NCBI GenBank assembly: GCA_031372065.1
Contig: JANMKN010000291.1
Location: forward strand, 1 to 54,819
DNA from: Abditibacteriaceae bacterium
GTDB lineage: Bacteria; Armatimonadota; Abditibacteriia; Abditibacteriales; Abditibacteriaceae
Length of the DNA stretch: 54,819 nt
Reading direction: 5' to 3'
The stretch's first letter is position 1. Each line of letters opens with the position of its first letter. The position numbers and the translations under genes are program-made. Positions 37,152 to 47,434 of the stretch are shown here, piece by piece. The notes under the pieces were generated by a model. It did not search any database, was not told the DNA's origin, and saw only the letters and a list, made by a program, of their open reading frames with translations.

Positions 37152-38417
37152 ATGCTTTCAGCAGACGAGAAAAGGCAACAGGAACGGCTTCGCGCTCGCA
37201 ATTTCGTGTTCTGGACGCTCGCGGTTTCGGTGCTGTTGCATGGCGCGCTATGGGCGGCTTCCCATCTGGTTCCGCTGCGTGATGTCGCCCGCGAAACGCT
37301 TATTCAAGTCACGTTAGCCCCCGCGCCCACCAAAGCGCCACGCCGTTTGGCGGCGAAACCGCGCCCCACGCCACCAGCCAAAATCACACGACCAAAACGC
37401 GCGAAACGATTTGCGAAAATTCACCCAAAAACCACTCGGAGCGCGGCGCGGCGCAAAGCCACCGTGCCACATCTCAAAGCACAAGCGACGTCCCGCTCCG
37501 CGCCTGCTCCGAGACTGGATCCACTGCATTCGACAAGTAGTCAACGGGCAAGGGAGCCTTATAAATCGGGGTCGCCAGCGAGAAATTTATCGCCGTCACG
37601 GGCCTTCATCCGCAATAATCCATCGCCTTCAGCCGCGCCAATTCGCTTTGGCGAAATCGCCAATTCGCCTCTTGCCCCTTTGCCAGTTGGCAACGGAATC
37701 AGCGGGAGAAGAACAATACGCGGCACGCGGCGCCCCGGCAGCGGTTTTGAAGTGTCTTTGCCGTCAAACCCGTCCGGTGCAGCGCATCCGACGGATTCCA
37801 ACAATGCTCCGCGCCCCACAGGTTTGCAAGGCGATGGAAGCCGCCCCTCGTTGCCCACTGCAACAAGTGCAACGGGCAGCGGACGCATCACGCGCGGGCC
37901 GCGCACCGACACGTCGCAGCCATCGTTGCAGCCCGCCATGCCGCGCCTAACGCCGCACGGCGAAGAAGCAAGCGACGAGATTCCTGCTCCACAAAGCAGC
38001 ACGCCGCGCAACACGCGAATCGCGCGGCACACAAAGGGCGACGAACCCGAATTATTCCCCACACCCACACCGCGCCCTGCGCCAAAAGAAAATCCCCAAC
38101 CAGCGCCAGAGCCGCAACCCGAACCAAAGCCAGAACGCGAATTATTTCGCCCCGCCAAAGTGCGCTCGTCGCCCAAACCCGAATATCCATCCGAGGCCAA
38201 AGCAAAAAATCAGGAAGGCACCGTGGTCGTGCGCTTGCAAATCAGCGATGAAGGCCGCGTGACGGATGCCTCGCTTGTTTCGAGCAGTGGCGTTTCCTCT
38301 TTAGATGAAGCCTCGCTGCGCGGCGTGCGCCGTTGGACTTACGAACCGGCACGGCGCGGCAAAACTCCGGTTTCTTCGTCGCTCACAGCGCGCCTGCGCT
38401 GGCGCCTCACCGATTGA
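37152..38417 (+). CDS. Energy transducer TonB family protein
   Basis: SVLLH TM anchor; long Pro-rich linker; PEYPSEAK...EGTVVV...SSG...LD..W.YEPA TonB C-domain. Confidence 0.88.
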   Translation: MLSADEKRQQERLRARNFVFWTLAVSVLLHGALWAASHLVPLRDVARETLIQVTLAPAPTKAPRRLAAKPRPTPPAKITRPKRAKRFAKIHPKTTRSAARRKATVPHLKAQATSRSAPAPRLDPLHSTSSQRAREPYKSGSPARNLSPSRAFIRNNPSPSAAPIRFGEIANSPLAPLPVGNGISGRRTIRGTRRPGSGFEVSLPSNPSGAAHPTDSNNAPRPTGLQGDGSRPSLPTATSATGSGRITRGPRTDTSQPSLQPAMPRLTPHGEEASDEIPAPQSSTPRNTRIARHTKGDEPELFPTPTPRPAPKENPQPAPEPQPEPKPERELFRPAKVRSSPKPEYPSEAKAKNQEGTVVVRLQISDEGRVTDASLVSSSGVSSLDEASLRGVRRWTYEPARRGKTPVSSSLTARLRWRLTD

Positions 38418-38421
38418 ATTT

Positions 38422-38862
38422 ATGGTTGACCTCGCCACTTTCGTTCGCCCCGTTTCCACCGAAGAAACCTATCCGCTGCGCCTCAAAATTCTGCGTCCCG
38501 GACGGCCCTTAAACACCGCGCAATTCGCCGAAGATGAGCGCGCCACACACTTTGGCTGCTTTGTCAGTGAAAATCTCATTGGCGTCGCCACACTTTTCGA
38601 GCAACCGCTCAAAGATGATTCGCGCCTCGCTTTTCAACTGCGTGGCATGGCGATTGACGACGATTATCAAGGGCGCGGCTACGGTGAACAATTAGTGCGC
38701 GCCTGCTGCGATTTCGCGCGCGAACATGCAGCAAACCTCATCTGGTGCAACGCCCGCATCGAAGCCAGCCGTTTTTATTTAAAACAAGGATTTGCTATTC
38801 ACGGCGAGCCATTTCTCATCCCCGATGTCGGCCCGCATTATGTCATGTGGCGCGTTTTATAG
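38422..38862 (+). CDS. GNAT family N-acetyltransferase
   Basis: LRGMA...QGRGYG; WCNAR..A..FY.K.GF. Confidence 0.9.
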   Translation: MVDLATFVRPVSTEETYPLRLKILRPGRPLNTAQFAEDERATHFGCFVSENLIGVATLFEQPLKDDSRLAFQLRGMAIDDDYQGRGYGEQLVRACCDFAREHAANLIWCNARIEASRFYLKQGFAIHGEPFLIPDVGPHYVMWRVL

Positions 38863-38933
38863 CGATTTGGTTTAAAACTTTGCGCGTTTGGTTGTAGCGA
38901 CAACTCATGGCAAAAAGTAACCTAAGATGACTA

Positions 38934-40808
38934 ATGGACAAGTTACACCAAGAGAAACATGATTTTGATGTGTGCGTTATCGGCGGCGGCATGGCCGGGC
39001 TGTGCGCGGCGATTGCTTCGGCACGAAACGGCGCAAAAACGGCGCTCGTTCATGATCGTCCGGTTTACGGCGGCAACGCTTCCTCGGAAGTGCGGATGTG
39101 GATTTGCGGCGCGCATGGCAAGCACAACAAAGAAACGGGGATTCTTGAAGAAATTCAACTGGAAAACCAATATTTAAATCCGTCACTCAATTACTCGGTT
39201 TGGGACAGCGTTTTGTATGGTAAAGCGCATTTTCAGCCGAATTTAACGCCGTTTCTCAATTGCTCGGTGTTTGATGCGCAAAGCGAAGGCAATCAAATCG
39301 CGCGCGTTAAAGCATGGCAAACAACTTCGCAAACTGTCCATGAAATTGGGGCCAAATACTTTGTAGATTGCTCCGGCGACAGCATTTTGGCGCCGCTTTC
39401 CAACGCCGAGTGGCGCAGTGGCCGCGAAGCGCGCCGTGAATTCCACGAGGACATCGAACCCGAATTCGCCGACGGCAAAACGATGGGCAACACCTTGCTC
39501 ATTCAGATTCGCCGCACGCAGGAAGCGCAGCCGTTTACACCGCCAACGTGGGCTTATAAATTCACGCATCCCGAAGATTTGCCGCATCGAATGCGCGGCG
39601 TGCAGGCACATAATTTCTGGTGGATTGAAATTGGCGGTCTGGATGACACCATCCGCGACGCCGAGCGCATCCGCGACGAACTGATGAAAATCGTTTACGG
39701 CGTGTGGGATTACATCAAAAACTACGCGCCGGAACGTGAAAGTGCCAAAGATTGGGCGATTGAATGGATTGGCAGTTTGCCCGGCAAACGCGAAAACCGG
39801 CGCTATGTCGGCGACCATATTCTCACGCAAAACGATATTCGCGCTGGTGGCGATTTTGACGACATTGTGGCGTATGGCGGCTGGAGCATGGACGATCATC
39901 ATCCGGCGGGCTTGTATTATCCCGGCCATCCGACGATTTTTCATCCGGCGCCTTCGCCTTATGGGATTCCCTATCGCAGTTTGTATTCGCGCAACATCGA
40001 AAACTTGCTCTTCGCCGGACGCAACATTTCCGTCACGCACGCCGCGCTTTCGTCCACGCGCGTCATGGCAACCTGCGCCATTATCGGACAAGCCGCAGGC
40101 ACCGCCGCCGCGCTTTGCACACAGCACAATTGCGCGCCGCGTTCTTTAAGCAGCGGCGAGCGCCTGCGCGAATTTCAAAGCACTTTAATGGACGACGATT
40201 GCTGGCTGCCCGGCCTAACAAGGCCCGTAGACGAGTTAGCAAACATAGCCAAATTATGCGCGGATGGAACCGGCGCGCCCTTGCTTTTGGACGGCCTTGA
40301 CCGTGACCGAGACGACGACGAACACGCGTGGAGCGGCCAAGTCAACAACGCCATCGAATATCGCTGGAACGAGCCGGTCAATTTAGCGGGTGCGCGTTTA
40401 GTCTTCGATTCCAATTTGGCCCACGCCAAGAAAATGGCCTGCACTTATCCGCAAAAAGGTGGGCGCAATGCGGTGCCCAATTCATTGATCAAAAGTTTTC
40501 GTTTGGAAACATTGGACGCGCGCAATCAATGGCAAACCGCTTATCAGCAAACCAACAATTATCAGCGCCTTGTGCAAGTGCCGCTGCGCGCCCCCACGCG
40601 CGGTTTGCGATTGGTGCCCGAAGCGACATGGGGCGCCAAAGAAGCGCGGATTTTCGCCTTCGAGCCAATGGCAAACTTCGTCGAAAAAATCCCCGTTGTT
40701 CCCAATGGCGCTCATTTCAGCACCATTGTCGCACGTCTTGACCCGCAAGACTTGGCCGCGCCCGAAAACGGCTTGGAAGCTGACGAAAAACCGCGCCATA
40801 GGGCATGA
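38934..40808 (+). CDS. FAD-dependent oxidoreductase
   Basis: DVCVIGGGMAG; GGNASSEVR; GKRENRR; AGRNIS.TH.A.SSTRVM. Confidence 0.9.
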   Translation: MDKLHQEKHDFDVCVIGGGMAGLCAAIASARNGAKTALVHDRPVYGGNASSEVRMWICGAHGKHNKETGILEEIQLENQYLNPSLNYSVWDSVLYGKAHFQPNLTPFLNCSVFDAQSEGNQIARVKAWQTTSQTVHEIGAKYFVDCSGDSILAPLSNAEWRSGREARREFHEDIEPEFADGKTMGNTLLIQIRRTQEAQPFTPPTWAYKFTHPEDLPHRMRGVQAHNFWWIEIGGLDDTIRDAERIRDELMKIVYGVWDYIKNYAPERESAKDWAIEWIGSLPGKRENRRYVGDHILTQNDIRAGGDFDDIVAYGGWSMDDHHPAGLYYPGHPTIFHPAPSPYGIPYRSLYSRNIENLLFAGRNISVTHAALSSTRVMATCAIIGQAAGTAAALCTQHNCAPRSLSSGERLREFQSTLMDDDCWLPGLTRPVDELANIAKLCADGTGAPLLLDGLDRDRDDDEHAWSGQVNNAIEYRWNEPVNLAGARLVFDSNLAHAKKMACTYPQKGGRNAVPNSLIKSFRLETLDARNQWQTAYQQTNNYQRLVQVPLRAPTRGLRLVPEATWGAKEARIFAFEPMANFVEKIPVVPNGAHFSTIVARLDPQDLAAPENGLEADEKPRHRA

Positions 40809-40842
40809 TTGCGGAACGTAAAATCAGAAGGCGTAATAGTGT

Positions 40843-41136
40843 TTTCGCGACGCGGAGATGCGATTTCTTGAGCCGGAGCATCAATTTCGCGACGCGGAGA
40901 TGCGATTTCTCAGCCCGGAGATCGATTTTCTTAGGCAGGAGCATTCATTTCTTGAGCAAGAGATGCGATTTCGCGGACAAGAGCGGGCATTTCGCGGGCA
41001 TGAGAGGGGTTTTCTGGGGCACGAGCAAGCATTTCTTGAGCAAGCGATCAGTTTTCTGGGGAAGGAGATGACATTTCTTGATGCGGAGCGGCATTTTCTG
41101 GGGTCGGAGGGTGAATTTCGGGGTGAGGCTCCATTA
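40843..41136. repeat. 21-bp-period degenerate array #4 (14 units, TTTC-N8-GAG-N6)
   Basis: tttcgcgacgcggagatgcga (twice, 42 bp apart), tttcttgagcaagagatgcga, tttctggggcacgagcaagca etc.; no indels. Confidence 0.95.
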
Positions 41137-42019
41137 AAATCAGCACAACAGCGACAAACATCAATGCTGCGCCGGCGATGCGTGGCCCAAAAGCGGCGGC
41201 GCCTTGCGCTTTTTCTTCGTTGGCGAACCAATGGCCCAGCAGCCACACGGCGGCGATGCTGAGTAGGCCGCGCACGCTGTAAATGACGTTGGCGGCAGAG
41301 GCGTTTTGAAAATACGCGATGGTCGAAACGAAAAGAATCGCTTGTAGCGACATAAAAAACGCGGCGCCCACTAAAGGCCGCCACGCAAACGGCGACAGAA
41401 CACGCAACGGCGCTTTGAAAAACGGCATCAGCGCGAACGAATAAACCCCCACAAGTCCAATCGCTATTGGCAAAAAACGCCCTAAACCCCAATCGGACGA
41501 CCATTTTTGAATCAGCACATCGAAAGCGGCATACGAAAGCGCGGCTAATCCGGCGGTAATTATGGTGAAGCCCGTCTGCGGATTTTTCGGCACGTTTTTC
41601 TGGCGGCCCGACAAGTTCAAAAGCACCACGCCCGCTGTCGCGAGCGCCGCCGAAATCCACATTTGCGGCGTGAGCGGTTTGGTGAGAAACAAGGTGCTAA
41701 AAGCGGCTACCATCAGAATTTTGAGGCCTAAAACCGGCGTCGCCACCGAAACATCACCGCGCGAGAGGCAAACGAACGTCCAAATCTGGCCGGACAAAAA
41801 CAGCAGTGCCACCAACGCCGGTTGCCACCAGAAACCAAGTGGCTTCACGGTGCCGCCGAGCAAAAGCAAGCCTTGGAAACACAAAGCCGAGGTGACATTG
41901 CAGACAAACGCCGTGCGCCACACATCAGCGCCGAGTTCCGCAGCACGCTTGATAAAAAGCGCCGCTGTGACATAAGCCACAGCGGCGCAAACCGGCAGAA
42001 TAAACGCCCAAAAACTCAT
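41048..42019 (-). CDS. DMT/EamA family transporter with array-derived C-terminal tail
   Basis: About 10 TM segments; GDVSVATPVLGLK motif. Confidence 0.88.
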   Translation of the reverse strand: MSFWAFILPVCAAVAYVTAALFIKRAAELGADVWRTAFVCNVTSALCFQGLLLLGGTVKPLGFWWQPALVALLFLSGQIWTFVCLSRGDVSVATPVLGLKILMVAAFSTLFLTKPLTPQMWISAALATAGVVLLNLSGRQKNVPKNPQTGFTIITAGLAALSYAAFDVLIQKWSSDWGLGRFLPIAIGLVGVYSFALMPFFKAPLRVLSPFAWRPLVGAAFFMSLQAILFVSTIAYFQNASAANVIYSVRGLLSIAAVWLLGHWFANEEKAQGAAAFGPRIAGAALMFVAVVLILMEPHPEIHPPTPENAAPHQEMSSPSPEN

Positions 42020-42030
42020 TTAAGCGACCA

Positions 42031-42600
42031 TTAAAAATGCCGTCCGACCATGAGAGTCAGGCCGCCGGGACGCAGGCCGCTGACTTTGGTGGTCAGATGA
42101 TATTTTGCTTCGACGAAAAACGGATTCGGAAACTGATAGCCCACCGCGCCGTAGCCACCAATGGAAGTTTTGCTGTCGCTCACGCCGCCCACTTGGCCGC
42201 GCAAAAGATAAGCGCCCAGCCCGGCGCCAGCGTAAACATTACCGGTCAGACTTTTCGCCGGGTTCGGCGGCTGAAAATAACGGCCAATGGTGATGGGAAT
42301 CATGCGCAGTTTGCTACCGCCATCGCTGCCCTGAAAATAGCCCGCCGACACAAAATACTTGCCGCCGAATAATTTCGGCAAGGCGACATCCACTTCACCG
42401 CCCAAATGCACGCTGCCCGTTGCGTTGCGCGTTGCGGTATCCGTGGGATACAAAGCGCCCAATTTCACGCGCACCGGGATAATTCCGGTGTCCTGCGCGT
42501 TAGCGCTTGGGGCGATTGCCAACGCGGCACCGACCAAAGTCAGCGCGGCCAAACCGGTCTGCAAACGGAGTTTCAAGTGCTGCTGTGACTGCTGCTTCAT
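42031..42600 (-). CDS. Outer-membrane beta-barrel protein
   Basis: Signal peptide; alternating beta strands (YAGAGLG, FVEAKY); C-terminal Phe. Confidence 0.8.
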   Translation of the reverse strand: MKQQSQQHLKLRLQTGLAALTLVGAALAIAPSANAQDTGIIPVRVKLGALYPTDTATRNATGSVHLGGEVDVALPKLFGGKYFVSAGYFQGSDGGSKLRMIPITIGRYFQPPNPAKSLTGNVYAGAGLGAYLLRGQVGGVSDSKTSIGGYGAVGYQFPNPFFVEAKYHLTTKVSGLRPGGLTLMVGRHF

Positions 42601-42864
42601 CGTGGGTTCGTCCTTTAAAGGGGATTTGTAAGGCTCGGTTCAGTATAAGGCGGCAAGGCAGGCCCGTGACACGTTAAAACCGGCGATTCATGAGATTTTT
42701 TAATGCATATTCAGGTCAATATGCACTAAGGCTGCTATCCTAATCAACGGGGCACACGCAGAGTGTCGCTTTTGATATAACCAACGCTCTGACAATTCCT
42801 TTCATCGCGGCCCACTGATTTTCTTTCAAATTGGCTTGCACAGCAGTTTGCCAACAGGCGCATC

Positions 42865-45800
42865 ATGACAAACGAATCTGTCTCCTTACATCCTGGAAAC
42901 CTCACTTACGTTGAGGAACTTTACGAAACCTATCAACGCGATCCACAAGCCGTCGAAACGGCGTGGCGCGAATACTTTGCCAGTTGGGGAGAAGACGCGC
43001 CGCTGGCAACGCTGGCAACCAACGGCCACGCCAAAGTGACTCCTCCTGGCGTCTCTCCTTCCGCGCTATCCACTTCTGACGCCTCTACACCGACGAAACC
43101 GCCGCCCCGTGTGGCACCCAAATCGAAGAATGGCGCTGCCTCGCCTCACGCAAATGTAGAAGCGCCTTCGCCGACGAAACGGCCTCACTTTCGTCCCGTG
43201 AGTTTGTTCAATGAAAGCGGCACCGGGCTGGCGCAGGATTTCGAGCCGGGCGCGGAATTGCCGGCGATTCCGTTAGTCGCTTCGCAGGAGATGGAAAATC
43301 TCGCGGTTTTGCAAGACCGCGTGGATCAAATGATTCGCAACCATCGCTTGCGCGGTCATATCATCGCGCGCGTTGATCCATTGGATTTTCCGCGCGATTA
43401 TCCACCGGAACTTGACCCCGAATTTTATGGCTTCTCGCCCGAAGACGAGGCCCGCCCGTTCGCTTGTCAGACATTGGCACCGGGCCAAATGCTGCCTCTT
43501 TCGGATATTCTCTCGCGTTTGCGCGAAACCTATTGCCGCACCATTGGCGTGCAGTTCATGCACATTGACGACTTTCATGTGCGTTATTGGCTGCAACAAC
43601 GCATGGAAAGCACGCTCAATCGTGTGCATTTGGCGCACGATGAGCAAATTCGCTTGCTCACGCGCCTAACTGATGCTTCGATTTTTGAAGAATTCATTCG
43701 CCGGAAATTCGTCGGCGCCAAGAGTTTCTCGCTCGAAGGCAGCGAAAGCTTGATTCCTTTGCTGGATCAGGCCATTGAATATGCCGCCGGACAAGGGGTC
43801 GAAGAAATTATCATCGGCATGGCCCATCGCGGGCGCCTCAACGTGCTGGCGAACATCATCGGCAAAAGCGCGCGGGAAATTTTCCGCGAATTTGAAGATC
43901 GCGACCCCGATTTGCATATCGGCGGCGGCGATGTGAAATACCATCTCGGCTATGCCAACGATTTCGAAACGGGCACCGGCAAAAAAGTGCGTTTGGCGCT
44001 CTGTTTCAATCCGAGCCATCTCGAATTCGTAAATCCTGTCGCGATGGGCCGTTTGCGCGCTAAAATGAGCCGCTGGGGCAACACCGGCGAGGATCGACGC
44101 GTGGAAGAGGGCCAAGGAATGTGCCTGCAAATTCACGGCGACGCCGCGTTTGCCGGCGAAGGCGTGATTCAGGAAACGCTCAATCTGAGCGAACTGCGCG
44201 CCTATTCCGTGGGCGGCACCGTTCACGTTATTGTGAATAATCAGATTGGTTTCACGACTTCGCCGAACGAATCGCGCTCAACGCCCTATGCCACCGATGT
44301 TGCGAAAATGCTGCAAATTCCGATTTTCCACGTCAACGGCGAAGACCCCGAAGCCGTAACTGCCGTGGTGCGTTTGGCTTTGGATTTTCGGCAGCAGTGG
44401 AAACGCGATGTGGTCATTGATATGTATGGCTATCGCAAATGGGGCCACAACGAAGCTGATGAACCCGATTTCACGCAGCCGAAATTGTATCGTGCCATCA
44501 AAGCGCGCAAACCAGTGCGCCAAGCCTATCTCGATGAACTCTTGAAAATGGGCGAAGTTACGCAGGTCGAAGCCGATAGCATCGCCGAAGGTCGCCGCGA
44601 AATGCTCGACAAAGAGCTGACCGAAGCACGCTCCGACACCCAATTTGTGCCCAGCCATTTGCGGCGCATCGGCGCTGGCTATTACGGTGGCCCAGAACGC
44701 AATGACGAGCCGGAAACGGCCATATCCAAAAAGCAACTGCAAAAGTTGCTGGCTAAATTAGCCAAGGTGCCGGATGGCTTTACGCCGCATCCGAAAATCA
44801 AGCGCCATTTGGATAATTTGGCGGCAATGGGCCGGGGCGAAGCACCCCTTAACTGGGCCGCTGCCGAAGCCTTAGCTTTCGCCACGCTCGCCACGGAAGG
44901 CATCCCAATTCGCTTGACTGGACAAGATTGCGAACGCGGCACGTTTTCGCATCGCCACTCGGTTTTGCACGATGTCGAAACCGATAAAACCTACCGACCT
45001 CTGGATCACGTCGCCGATGGGCAGGCGCCGGTGGAAATTTATAATTCGCCACTTAGCGAAACGGCGGTTTTGGGCTTCGAATATGGCTACAGTCTGGATT
45101 GTTTGAGCGGTCTGACGATGTGGGAAGCGCAGTTTGGCGATTTCTGGAACGTAGCACAGCCGATTGTTGACCAATTTATTGTCAGCGCCGAAGACAAATG
45201 GAATCACCTCAGCGGCATTGTCATGCTGCTACCGCACGGCTTTGAAGGCATGGGGCCGGAGCATTCCAGCGCGCGCCTGGAGCGTTTCAGGTCGCTGGCA
45301 GCGGAAGAAAACATTCAAATCGCCAATCCGACTACGCCCGCGCAGTATTTTCATTTGCTGCGCCGTCAAGCCTTGCGCCCGTGGCGCAAGCCGCTGATTA
45401 TGATGTCGCCCAAAAGTTTGCTGCGCCATCTGGATTGTGTGTCTTCACTGGAAGATTTTTCGGAAGGCAGTTTTCAGCGCGTGATTCCCGACCAATTAGA
45501 GCGTCCGGCCAGCGAAGTTACACGCGTTTTGATTTGCAGCGGCAAATTGTATTACGAACTGGATGCCAAACGAGAAGCCGTCAAGCGCGATGATGTGGCG
45601 ATTATTCGCTACGAGCAACTTTATCCCTATAAACCCGAAGTTCTCGAAGCGATTATGAAGCCGTATGCCGATGGCACGCCGGTTTTCTGGGTGCAGGAAG
45701 AGCCGATTAACATGGGGGCGTGGCGTCACATTCGCGTGTTTTACGGGCACGAAATGTTTGATCGCTTTCCATTCAAGCACATCACACGCCCGCCCAGCGC

Positions 45801-45930
45801 CAGCCCCGCAACAGGCTCTTCAAGCAGCCATAAAAAAGAACAGGAACTGATCTTAAACGAAGCGTTTGAAGTGCAGAACTCAGCACCCAAAGTAGAAAAA
45901 CTTACCACGCCAAAAGGCGAAGACGGGTAG
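42865..45930 (+). CDS. sucA: 2-oxoglutarate dehydrogenase E1
   Basis: GMAHRGRLN; GDVKYHLG; NPSHLE; HGDAAFAGEG; WEAQFGDF; GPEHSSAR. Confidence 0.97.
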   Translation: MTNESVSLHPGNLTYVEELYETYQRDPQAVETAWREYFASWGEDAPLATLATNGHAKVTPPGVSPSALSTSDASTPTKPPPRVAPKSKNGAASPHANVEAPSPTKRPHFRPVSLFNESGTGLAQDFEPGAELPAIPLVASQEMENLAVLQDRVDQMIRNHRLRGHIIARVDPLDFPRDYPPELDPEFYGFSPEDEARPFACQTLAPGQMLPLSDILSRLRETYCRTIGVQFMHIDDFHVRYWLQQRMESTLNRVHLAHDEQIRLLTRLTDASIFEEFIRRKFVGAKSFSLEGSESLIPLLDQAIEYAAGQGVEEIIIGMAHRGRLNVLANIIGKSAREIFREFEDRDPDLHIGGGDVKYHLGYANDFETGTGKKVRLALCFNPSHLEFVNPVAMGRLRAKMSRWGNTGEDRRVEEGQGMCLQIHGDAAFAGEGVIQETLNLSELRAYSVGGTVHVIVNNQIGFTTSPNESRSTPYATDVAKMLQIPIFHVNGEDPEAVTAVVRLALDFRQQWKRDVVIDMYGYRKWGHNEADEPDFTQPKLYRAIKARKPVRQAYLDELLKMGEVTQVEADSIAEGRREMLDKELTEARSDTQFVPSHLRRIGAGYYGGPERNDEPETAISKKQLQKLLAKLAKVPDGFTPHPKIKRHLDNLAAMGRGEAPLNWAAAEALAFATLATEGIPIRLTGQDCERGTFSHRHSVLHDVETDKTYRPLDHVADGQAPVEIYNSPLSETAVLGFEYGYSLDCLSGLTMWEAQFGDFWNVAQPIVDQFIVSAEDKWNHLSGIVMLLPHGFEGMGPEHSSARLERFRSLAAEENIQIANPTTPAQYFHLLRRQALRPWRKPLIMMSPKSLLRHLDCVSSLEDFSEGSFQRVIPDQLERPASEVTRVLICSGKLYYELDAKREAVKRDDVAIIRYEQLYPYKPEVLEAIMKPYADGTPVFWVQEEPINMGAWRHIRVFYGHEMFDRFPFKHITRPPSASPATGSSSSHKKEQELILNEAFEVQNSAPKVEKLTTPKGEDG

Positions 45931-46021
45931 AAATTTTGAATTAAGAGTTTTGAATTGTAGTGACGTTGCGCGCCGCTTTAAAACGCGTGGAACGCGCCTT
46001 TAATTCAACATTCAAAATTTT
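45931..46021. repeat. REP-like inverted element built from TTTTGAA heptamers
   Basis: AAATTTTGAAT...TTTTGAATT on the left, AATTCAACATTCAAAATTT on the right. Confidence 0.6.
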
Positions 46022-46033
46022 CGAAAGGAACTC

Positions 46034-47374
46034 ATGCCGGTTGAACTGAAAGTGCCGTCGGCGGGCGAATCAATCGCCGAAGTTGAAATCGCCGAATGGC
46101 TCAAAAAAGAAGGCGACGACATTACGCCCAACGATGATTTGGTCATGCTTGATTCGGCCAAAACCACGCTGCCGCTCGCCTCACCCATTACAGGCATTCT
46201 GCAAAAAATTCTCAAGCAACAAGGCGAAGTTGTCGCCATTGGCGATGTCATCGCGCTTTTAGAAGAAGGCGCCCCCGTCGCCAAAAAGCCAGCGCAAGCA
46301 GCGCCCAAAGCGGAAACTGCCGCGCCCGTTGAAGCGGCGCCCAAACCTGCCGAGAAACCGACTGCAAAAACGGCGAAAAACGGCAATGCCAACGAAAATT
46401 TCGTGATGCCCGCCGCCGCGCGCGAAATGGCGCAAAGTGGCATCGAGCAAAGTGAAGTCACACCTTCCGGCCCCGGCGGGCGCATTCTCAAAGAAGATGT
46501 GCAAGCTGCGCAAAGTCCGAAACCTGAACGCGGCGCTGCCGAAAGCGTGGGCAGCGAACACACCGCGCCAAAATTGGAAGATGAAGTCGCAACAGAAGCG
46601 CCTACGCTGCCCGTAGAAATGAAAGAAGCACATAAAGCGGCTCCGATGCCTCCCGTCGCACCAACACAACCCGCCGCAGGCGAAAAAGTGGTGCCAATGA
46701 CGATGCTGCGTCGCCACATCGCCACGCGCCTTGTCGAAGCCCAACAAAACGCGGCGCTGCTGACCACTTTCAACGAAGTAGATATGAGCGCCACGATGAA
46801 TTTGCGCAAGCAATTTCAAGACGAATTCACCAAAAAACATGGCATCAAACTCGGTTTCATGTCGTTTTTCGTGAAAGCATCCGTCGAAGCCCTGAAAGCA
46901 TTTCCGGCTGTCAACGCCGAAATTCGTGGGCGCGATTTGGTTTATAAAAACTTCTACGACATCGGCGTGGCGATTGGCGGCGGCAAAGGTTTGGTCGTGC
47001 CGGTTTTGCGCGATGCCGAGCGTATGAGTTTCGCGGGCATCGAAAAGCAAATCGCCGAATTCGCGGGCCGCGCTAAAGATGGCACGCTCAAGCCCGAAGA
47101 CCTCGAAGGCGGCACGTTCACCATCACCAACGGCGGCATTTACGGCAGTTTGATGTCCACGCCAATTATCAACCCGCCACAAAGCGGCATTTTGGGAATG
47201 CACGCCATTCAAGAGCGTCCAGTGGCCGAAAACGGCCAGGTTGTCATTCGCCCGATGATGTATTTGGCCCTCACCTACGACCATCGCATCATTGATGGCC
47301 GCGAAGCCGTCAGCTTTTTAGTGCGCCTCAAACAATGCCTCGAAAACCCGGCGCGGCTCTTACTCGAAGTATGA
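46034..47374 (+). CDS. sucB: Dihydrolipoamide succinyltransferase E2
   Basis: Lipoyl domain (GESI...SAKT); [26 protein letters not shown]. Confidence 0.96.
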   Translation: MPVELKVPSAGESIAEVEIAEWLKKEGDDITPNDDLVMLDSAKTTLPLASPITGILQKILKQQGEVVAIGDVIALLEEGAPVAKKPAQAAPKAETAAPVEAAPKPAEKPTAKTAKNGNANENFVMPAAAREMAQSGIEQSEVTPSGPGGRILKEDVQAAQSPKPERGAAESVGSEHTAPKLEDEVATEAPTLPVEMKEAHKAAPMPPVAPTQPAAGEKVVPMTMLRRHIATRLVEAQQNAALLTTFNEVDMSATMNLRKQFQDEFTKKHGIKLGFMSFFVKASVEALKAFPAVNAEIRGRDLVYKNFYDIGVAIGGGKGLVVPVLRDAERMSFAGIEKQIAEFAGRAKDGTLKPEDLEGGTFTITNGGIYGSLMSTPIINPPQSGILGMHAIQERPVAENGQVVIRPMMYLALTYDHRIIDGREAVSFLVRLKQCLENPARLLLEV

Positions 47375-47434
47375 ATCTCGATGCAGTATATTGGATAACA
47401 AAAACATCCAATATCCTGACATCATGCATCTTGA

